Positions 55,050 through 64,000 of a stretch of 64,000 nucleotides of DNA are shown one piece after another. A model generated the notes under the pieces. The model searched no databases and was not told the DNA's origin. It was given only the letters and a program-made list of their open reading frames with translations. Every line of letters starts with the position of its first letter. Positions within the stretch are counted from its first letter, which is position 1. The translations under genes and the position numbers were made by a program. The stretch comes from Octopus vulgaris (taxonomy: Eukaryota): positions 28,644,001 through 28,708,000 of the forward strand of contig OX597821.1 of NCBI GenBank assembly GCA_951406725.2, written 5' to 3'.

Positions 55050-55684
55050 TGTAGAATTTTTTTGCCACCAGCGGCCTAGTGGGAAAAAATTAAATAGTCA
55101 TAAACCATTTTTAAGTTCAACATCACAATCAAGGAACGGCCATAATAGGCCATTCACCCACTAGAAATATTATGGCCGTTCCTTGATTGTGATGTTGAAC
55201 TTAAAAATGGTTTATGACTATTTAATTTTTTCCCACTAGGCCGCTGGTGGCAAAAGAATTCTACAAAATTTTTTTGCCACCCTATATTGATTAATTATGA
55301 ATTTTCTGGTTAGTTCCGTAATGGAATCGGCGGCTTATATTTATTTGCTGCCGATAAATTTGGCGCGAGTGCGACGATTTGGAAATTTTAGGTCAGATAT
55401 TGCCGAGGTAGCAAGAGGAATGCCTCGTGAAAAATATCTGTTCCGACTTGGCTATTTCTTACTGATGAGTCTAAGGGCCTATGGTGGATTGGCTTGATTT
55501 AATTTAATCAGGTTGGTTTACCATTAAACGGTAGATGAAACGGTGCATCGTCTAAGAAATTACAGGGTAAATGTTTTTCAATTTTCTCCTGGTTTACGGA
55601 ATTAATGTTATTTTGCGGTTAAAGCTTTTGGCTGTTATTTCTAGTGGGTGAATGGCCTATTATGGCCGTTCCTTGATTGTGATG
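55050..55684 (+). mobile_element. Hammerhead-containing non-autonomous retroelement (retrozyme-like or PLE pseudo-LTR): 490-bp permuted unit plus 5' inverted partial copy
   Basis: 27-bp direct repeat at 55168-55194 and 55658-55684. 98-bp inverted arms 55050-55147 / 55168-55265 with one mismatch. 55121-55169 reverse-complements 55636-55684. Contains a hammerhead, is flanked by TA/TATG microsatellite and has no meaningful ORF. Confidence 0.8.
55454..55560 (+). ncRNA. Type I hammerhead ribozyme with extended stem II
   Basis: Stem I AUUUCUUA (55454-61) / UAAGAAAU (55553-60); CUGAUGA (55462-68); stem II GUCUA / UAGAU enclosing a 19-bp helix 55481-99 / 55506-24; GAAA (55537-40); stem III ACGGU-GC-AUCGU; GUC cleavage triplet at 55550-52. 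Confidence 0.85.
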
Positions 55685-56577
55685 AGGTATATATTTATAT
55701 GTATATATGTGTATCTATATGTATGTATATGTATATGTATGTATTTTTATTCATGCACGCACACGCACATGTATATATATATATGTGTATGTATGTATAT
55801 GTAGTTTGCCACATACGTGTACATAAATACACATAGATATACTTTTGCGTAAGTTTGTGCATTTCATCGAATGCTTGTGTGTAAAGCAGTAGAGATTATA
55901 AGCAAATTTACGCAACGGAGGCAGCACCACATAATAACTAGAAAAGAAAAAAAGAAAACACGTAATGATTACTTTTGCTGAAGTACAAGACCAATATACA
56001 AGGTATTCATATGGAAAGTATCGATTTTATTTATCTATTTATTTATTTTTTCTACAATTAATTTGCAAGTCATCAGACCTCGATAAGATGGCGAAGTAGA
56101 ACGTGATGCGAAAGTTAAGTTCATTATTTCTTGCATACGTGACCTTGCTTAAAACGTGAATAAAGGCATAATTCGCCGGCTCGACTCCTTTAAGTACCAC
56201 TTCATCAACTATGCGTCTTCCTGATTGACCTGCATATGTTTTTGTTGTCTAATTCTGTTGTTGTTGTTGTTAACACACCTTTACAAATTGAGAGGGGAAT
56301 GAGAGGGAGAAAGAGGGTGAAAGAGAGAGAGAGTGTTGTGAAGTGATCATAATTAACGACGTGGAAGTTATGCTTAAATAAGGTTTCTTCTCAACAACGT
56401 GTTTACTGTTTCGATATCGTCGATAAGAAATTTGAGCAAACGTCTACTGACATTTTGGTTGGATTTACCTATACCCTCAGTGTCAGTGTGAATATTGGTA
56501 CAGAGTAAGCATAGAAATGCTATTAAAACAGGACCTACACATAAATACATGCACAACTGCATACATACATACATACA

Positions 56578-56611
<34 letters not shown>

Positions 56612-56732
56612 CATACATACATACACACATTTATATAAACATATATATACACATATATCATATATATACAAAGGTATGTGTGTGTATATGCATGTGTGTG
56701 TGTGCGTGTGAGTGTGTGTGTGTTTGTATTTA

Positions 56733-57000
56733 TGAAGGCGCATGAGTTAAATAGTTAGAGCCTCGAGTTTGCAATCGTTAGGTTGTGAGTTTGGTTCTTG
56801 AGCAAGACACTTTATTTCACGTTGCTCCAGATGACTCAGATAAGGAATCGATTTCCGACGCCCCTGATTACAAACTTTATCGGCCTCTGCCTTTCCCTAG
56901 GACAATATCGGTGGCTAGGAGAGAGGGGATTGGTATGCATGGACGGGTGCAATTTTGCCGGAGCAATCCCATAGCCATTCGTGACCGAATAGGGTCTTAT
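56733..57000 (+). mobile_element. Degenerate family-D SINE
   Basis: gaaggcgcatgagttaaatagttagagc..ttcttgagcaagacactttatttcacgttgctccag..gtgaccgaatagggtctt. Confidence 0.8.
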
Positions 57001-57859
57001 AGATATACCGTCGATGTCAGCACCTCATTTCTTGATATTTCGTTTCTAATTGCCCTTCGTGTTTTATGTCGGTGCCTCATTATTGGCAAGACCAATGTTT
57101 GCGTGGACCAATTGGCCATAGGGCTCACATCCAATATTCGAGAGGATCCTTGTTCTGAGTTGAAAGGTTTTGCGTTGTTGTTGATTAGTTTTGTTATTTC
57201 TTCGAAAATGTTCTCCAGCATGCTTGTTGATCTTGATGATGCGATGCGTACTACAAATATACGTATGTATATGTATTTGTGTATATATGGAGATATATAT
57301 GTACGTATTTATAAATATGCAGATATATATGTATGTATATGTATATATGCAGATATATATATATATATGTATGTATGCACGGCTGCGTATTTAATAACAG
57401 TTTAACTCTGTTCCACATTACTTACACTTTCATGAGAGTAGGGCGCGTCCAACAGTCCTGATGATCCAATGAGGTAGATATGTCCTCTACCCACCTGAAT
57501 AAAAGAAATGCAAAATCACTTTTATTTTGGTTCTACACTTTGCTTTCATCGATGTATTACAAATAATTTACTTTATACCCTCTCCTTACCAATCTTTTTT
57601 ATTAGTAAATCTGGATTTTCTGTGTAAGTCAAAATAATTCAATGCAGTCAGCAAATTAAAAAGGGAACGGGGGATATGTTTGTTGCCAGTTAAACGATTT
57701 CCTAGACTAGGATCCCCTCTCTCACATATTTCAGTCCTTGTTCTTTTAGTTGGAATGATTATTAATTGCCTTTACTGCTTCTGTTGTTGCTGATATTTAG
57801 CACCTCGACGTCTGTACTGAAACATTATTCTGATCAAATGAACCCAAATCATGACCACT

Positions 57860-58161
57860 TGTGGAGGCACATGGCCTAGTGGTTAGAGCAGCGGACTCGC
57901 GGTCGAGGGATCGTGGGTTCGAATCTCAGACCGGGCGAAGTGTGTGTTTATGAGCGAAAACACCTAAGCTCCACGCGGCTCCGGCAGAAGGTAATGGCGA
58001 ACTTCTGCTGACTCTTTCGCCACAATTTTCTCTCACTCTTTCCTCTTGCATCTTGCAGCTTACCTGCGACGGACCGGCGTCCAGTCCAGGTAGGGAACCT
58101 ATACGCCAAGAAACCGGGAAACCGGCCCTTATGAGCCATGCATGGCTCGAGAAGGAACGAA
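57860..58161 (+). mobile_element. SINE family C, tail variant 3
   Basis: Head ggaggcacatggcctagtggttagagcagcggactcgcggtcgagggatcgtgggttcgaatc with clear A/B boxes. 14-bp TSD aaatcatgaccact at 57846-57859 and 58162-58175. Confidence 0.93.
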
Positions 58162-58485
58162 AAATCATGACCACTCAAGCTTCTCGCCATCGTGAATCGT
58201 GTACTTTTGAATATCTCATCAATGTTTTCTCCTCTAAGATTAATCTGTATGGTCGACCTGATGATTGCAATGGATTCCGATATCTATCCCGTCATGCAAA
58301 TAGGCAGAGAACTGTTATAGGCATTTAATTGGTTATGATATGCTAATTTCTGACTAAAAATTTAATTATGATCCATTTTAATGATGGGATAAGCTTTAAT
58401 GGTGTAAGCATATTTAGATTTGATACATGCGTGTTTGGAAGAGCCTTTGAGTAATGCAGGTGAGAAGTGAGGGAAAATATGTATA

Positions 58486-58893
58486 CTCTTTACTCTTTAT
58501 TCTTTTATTTGTTTCAGTCATTTGACTGCGCCCATGCTGGAGCACCGCCTTTAGTCGAGCAAATTGACCCCAGGACTTATTCTTTGTAAGCCTAGTACTT
58601 ATTCTATCGATCTCTTTTGCCGAACCGCCAAGTTGCGCGAACGTAGACACACCAGCATCGGTTGTCAAGCGATGTTGGGTGGGGGACAAACACAGACACA
58701 AAAACAGACACACATATATATAGATATATTCAACGGGCTTCTTTCTGTTTCCGTCTACCAAATCCACTCACAAGGCTTTGGTCGGCCCGAGGCTATAGTA
58801 GAAGCCAGTTGCCCAAGATGCCACGTAGTGGGACTGAACCCGAAACTATGTGGTTGGTAAGCAAGCTACTTACCACACAGCCACTCCTGCGCC
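58486..58893 (-). mobile_element. SINE family A, full length
   Basis: Near-identical to 45247-45647. Confidence 0.94.
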
Positions 58894-60339
58894 TGGTGAT
58901 GTCAATAAATGAAACCAAAGAGAAAGGGATTATATTAATTTACCTAAGTTAAATATTTATCCTATGATATTTCGGGAAGCGTACTCTTTTTCAAACATGA
59001 TTGAAGAAAGAAAATAATTCAAGAGCTCGGAGGAATGTTTTGCTACTGCCAGGCTATGTTACTTTTGTAGAAGTTATGTCAATATATTAAAGAAAAGAAA
59101 GAAAGCCATGAAGGTATGACTTGACAGAATGGCAGTAAAACAGAAGATTAATCTTTGCTTTATATTCTGTCACTGGGGCTGTATTGTGAAAGCTGAGAAA
59201 TTACTCAATTCACAGTACGGCAATCTAATTAACTGCATGTTGGTATCACATGGCTAAAGGATGGAAAAGCATCAGTAGTAATATAAAACTGGGTTCTTCT
59301 TAGTTCACGACCTCGATTTCAGTCCTTACCTGAGTTGAGCGAGAATGATTAATGATGAAACCACTAACAACGCCTATCTAATTTCCACTCCATCATTTCC
59401 AGTCTATACTGAACACGAAAAATGCATGTCTACGTACAATGAGACTCACAGAATTGCATGAACAGAGAAAATTTCTGAAGCAAAGAAAAGTACATTGTAC
59501 TGTGTCATAAGATATCAATTGCAAAAGTTGTGAGTGAAGAGCAGAAGAGAGAAAGAGTAAATTACAAGAAGAAAAGGGGAAAACATCGGAGGAGTATAGA
59601 GGAGAACTCGATGTAATGGCGGCAAGGATGAGGTCACATCACATGACAGTGATAAGGTTAAATAGCGATATCAAGGTGATAATATAAAAAGGGTGTCTAT
59701 GAAAGACACTTGTGATTACATCACAATAAAAAAAATGCATGCATACAAATGATGCATGCGTGCACCTTTGCACATTTTAACAATACTTACAAATACTGAC
59801 ATGCTGATACACACACAAGCGCTCAAATATTGAAACATATACACATAGAAATGTTGCCTCAAACGCACATCTTGCTTTACGTAGAGACACGCAAGATAAA
59901 CATACACACACGAGAAGTAGAAGTGAAAATGAAAGTGAAATAGCAATATCTCGATTACATCCATGGTGGTTTTAATACAAACTACAAGCAACACATATAA
60001 ATTAAAAGCAAAAAGGACCAAGCAAGCAAGAGGAACTTCCTTTGTATTAATCACAATAACGCAGCCAGTTTTAACAACAATAACAGCGCAAAACTAAAAC
60101 AAGTACAACACTGGTGATAAAGATGAGAACGGGAAGAGGGAGGAGAAGGAGCAGGAATAGGAGATTTGTAATAATAATTAAAATAGTAAGGAAAAAACCA
60201 CGTCAGAACGAGCAGAAAGGGTTTAAGGGTAAAGGAAAAACCGGAACAAAAAAATAGATATTGCGTTTAAACAATCATCTCGTGTCAATATTAGAAAACT
60301 GTAATTAAGTGTTTACAGATGAGCTAATGAATAGGGATG

Positions 60340-60377
60340 TGGGAATGCATGCATGTATATATACACACATGTATATG

Positions 60378-60410
<33 letters not shown>

Positions 60411-61752
60411 GTGTGTGTGTATGTGTGTGTACGTGTGTGTAAGTATGTGTATTTGTATGTATACATGCAAGTATGTATATGCATATGCATGTGATGGTTT
60501 TCGAGTGTACGTATATGTACTACCTTGTGAGTTGATTTTGTGTAAACGTATATATATATATAATATATTCTAATATTGTATTTATGACTATATATACATG
60601 TCTATATACATATCTATCTATCTCTCTACCTATATATATATATATATATAGATATATATATATATATATACACATATGCATATACATACACACGCATATA
60701 TATATATATATATATGCATATATATTCATATATGCACGTCTATATACACATCTATATATGTGAATGTCTATATACATATCTATCTCTCTCTATATATATA
60801 TATATATATGCATATATAGATGCGAGTCTGTATGCATATCTACATATATATATATAGATACATGTATATATATATGTACACACACAAATAATGTCTATGC
60901 ACGCGTATATATATTTACATGTAGTTGAGTATACACACACACATACACACATATATATACATGTAAATATGTATGTCTATACACATGCACACGCATAGAG
61001 AGAGAGAGAAAGAGAGAGAAATAAATAATGTTAAAATCTAATGTGTACATATAAATGACACAGGGAAGAAAAAACAAGACTAAACACAGTTTCAATGTGT
61101 TTATGTGCGTATAAATGCGCATACATGCCCATGTATGAGTCAATATATGAGTGCGTATGCGCAAGCGAGTATATCCGTATATGTGTGCGCGCGAATGTGT
61201 GTATACTACTGAAAATAAAACTCCACTAAACAATATAATTAAGCATTATTAATCCTGTTTCAAGGGATTATTATTAAACACCATGGAAAGCGGAAACAAA
61301 CAATAACAACGATAACAGCTGTGAACAATAGCGATCAATAGCAATCAACAACAGCTTAATTATAATGATCAGAGATTAGAAAATTGAAATAGGGAACTTG
61401 TTAGGGGTCAAGTTAAAGGTTGTTCTGCTTTCTAATTTATATTTGTATTTCTTTCGATGTGAGATTTCAACATGACTCACCGAAGTGTACCATTTCCTTG
61501 CATAGATACATACAGGTATACATAGGCACATTTCGCATAGGTGCAGACGCACACGGCGTGGTACGGATAGAGATATGTAATGCAGTACCGCCCGGAACAT
61601 GTATAAACAGATTGTCATGAACGGATAAACATATACATGGGAAATTGAATCAGATAGTCATGCAACTTTTATCTGCATTGACGAACACCAGTTGATTCAT
61701 GTATGCATGTGTACGTATAGTTATGTATGCATGTATGTATGTATATGTATAC

Positions 61753-61797
<45 letters not shown>

Positions 61798-62085
61798 AAA
61801 AGATATATATATATATATATATATGCATACATTCGTATATATATACATATATACATATATGTATATACATATATACATACATAAATACTTATATATAAAT
61901 GCATATATATAAACATATACGAATATATATATACATATATATACACACATATTTACATATATATACATATATGTTTACGTATATATACATATATATGTAT
62001 GCATTTAGATATATACATAGATATATTTATATATATATACATATACATATATATACATATATATATGCATATGTATGTAGATATA
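60340..62085. repeat. Microsatellite-rich field (TA/TG/TATG)
   Basis: Direct inspection; densest at about 60340-61020 and 61700-62085. Confidence 0.85.
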
Positions 62086-63105
62086 TGTTTTTACTTTCAG
62101 CTCAAAGTTGTGGCCCTGCTACACTGTTGTTATTAAGAACCTCCTCTAATACGTGCCATTTTATAAGGCAGTTTGATTTTGATAAACACTTTTGAGCCCC
62201 TTACGCAGGTAGGATCAGGTAGGACTCTCGCCAGGTAGAGTTTCAATTTTTATTTGAAGACACATCCACTTTGTGTAAGTCCCTCAGGTTCTTGAGGACA
62301 ATATAAAAAATGTGTGGGCCCCTGAAACACAAGCTGTTGCAGTTATCCGTCTTGAAGCGCGATCGCATTCCTGGGATCTTTGGCACTTTGCACTCTCGTT
62401 GTTTTCTGGCATTTGAGTAGCTTTGAATGCCAAAATTTGGCACAATTTCTTCCAAGATCTTCCAGATGTATATTACTGCATACCCCTTCAGCCTTCGCTC
62501 CAGGGAGTAGAGTCTTAGCTGTTTCAAACTTTCCCACTAGCTGAGCTGTTGCAATGAGACGATCTTCTATGTGATGCTTTGCCTGATTGCTTCATGATTC
62601 ACTTGGTAATTTTACGCTGTTGCGTGACCATTGCTCTGAGCAGTAATCCAGGCGGTTGAAGACGAATGTCCTCCAGAGAGCCATTATTGTTTCCTTCTCC
62701 CTGGTTCTGAACATTCTCAGGATCCAGCCAGCCAATCGTCTGCACTTTGTCACTATCCTGCTATAGTCCACTTGGTATTGAGGTATCATCACTCATGTCG
62801 ATACCCAGGTCCCTCACTGATTTAGGGAACCCTTTTAATCCCTTGAGAAACAGTGTACCCTAAAATTTTTATATTCTGTTTTGGAAGTTTGTAGCACAGG
62901 TCTTGGAAATTTTCAGCATGAAACTGCATACTAGTGTCTTTAGACGATCTCTAAATTGAGTGTAACTCATGCTGCAGGTGTGCAACATCGGTGATGTTCT
63001 GCATTTTCTGCGAGACATTCGCATCATCTGCATAGGTAGCAACTGTGGCAATCCGGTCAGCTGAGGGCATATCTGAGAGGGCCATTATGAAAAGTAGTGG
63101 CCCAA
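62085..63105 (-). mobile_element. Older 5'-truncated CR1-group LINE of the same family as 19171-19960
   Basis: Minus-strand GPLLFIMALSDMPS..TYADD, LAGWILRMFRTREKETIMALWRTFV..LDYCS and LRLYSLERR..YAVIYIWKILE, with a degenerate 3' tail near 62090-62125. Confidence 0.87.
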
Positions 63106-63112
63106 CACATAC

Positions 63113-63180
<68 letters not shown>

Positions 63181-63478
63181 GTATGTATGTAATTTATAAG
63201 TAAGGGCAAAAGAAAAAATTCTATATATATATATGTTCATATATATATGTACTTATATATATATATATATATATGTATATATGCACATATATATACACAT
63301 ATATATATACATATATACACACTAATAATAATTACAATATTAATAGTTTTGGTAATGTAATGAACTTTGTACTTTGTATATGTACCCATTCATGTGGATG
63401 TATATGTATACTCCAGTATATATATTTGATTATCTGTAACCATATATATACATATATATATATATATATTCTTATAGA

Positions 63479-63559
<81 letters not shown>

Positions 63560-63755
63560 TCTTGTGTATTTTGTTTCAGATTTATATTTCCATATTTATA
63601 TTTTTGATTATATTTATATATATATATATATATTTATTATATAGGAGCTTTATAATCTCTGACAGTACTATCTTAAAGCTCCTTCTATATAATAAATTAA
63701 TTTTACTCTGCTATGTATTGAGTACCTTACTTACTGTGGTTAACCGAATCAACCC

Positions 63756-63806
<51 letters not shown>

Positions 63807-64000
63807 GTAACTCATTTTAACTGCATATTACCTCAATACATCTGACTAATATAGGCAGAATGAGATACCTTTATCTAAAGGCTGAAACAGCTGTAGGATC
63901 CATTTTATGTGTATTATTTTATGGTATCATCTTACTCATTGATGTAAATTGTTTTGTTTTGTTGGATTTGGATGTTCCTATTTATGTAGGTAATAAATAA

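Noticed and set aside
56785-57405. 206-aa plus-strand ORF and the overlapping 74-aa minus ORF 56997..57221
   Set aside because: The long ORF is stitched from a degenerate SINE, a short anonymous segment and microsatellite. The minus ORF has no motif I recognise.
57863-57936. tRNA-like sequence, also at 9019, 32559, 37531, 43835 and 54568
   Set aside because: These are SINE heads: the acceptor stem does not close, and each continues into a SINE body, with TSDs at 9018 and 57860.
63640-63760. Hairpin aggagcttta..taaagctcct in a PLE-end-like fragment
   Set aside because: No recognisable hammerhead core between the arms, so it is too weak to call.

Overview
AT-rich, repeat-saturated eukaryotic DNA, probably an intron or intergenic stretch of an octopus (coleoid cephalopod) genome. 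The species is inferred from recalled SINE families and the extreme (TA)n/(GATA)n density, not from a search. No intact protein-coding gene or convincing host exon was found. Nearly all ORFs in the track are microsatellite artefacts or decayed transposon frames. The window holds at least four tRNA-headed SINE families with shuffled modules, four Tc1/mariner relics, RTE, CR1-like, Tx1-like and R4/Dong-like LINE fragments, a Merlin-like MITE pair carrying TTAGGG repeats, and several Penelope-like (PLE) relics. The stand-out is 55050-55684: a non-coding, circularly permuted 490-bp unit with an apparently complete type I hammerhead ribozyme (long G-U-rich stem II, near-palindromic stem III), many strand-specific helices and a 5' inverted copy spanning the unit junction. 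It is a candidate retrozyme-like circular-RNA element or PLE pseudo-LTR. Degenerate hammerhead relatives occur elsewhere, mostly inside TA microsatellites. Coordinates were counted by eye and ends of decayed elements are approximate. Family names come from recalled motifs.
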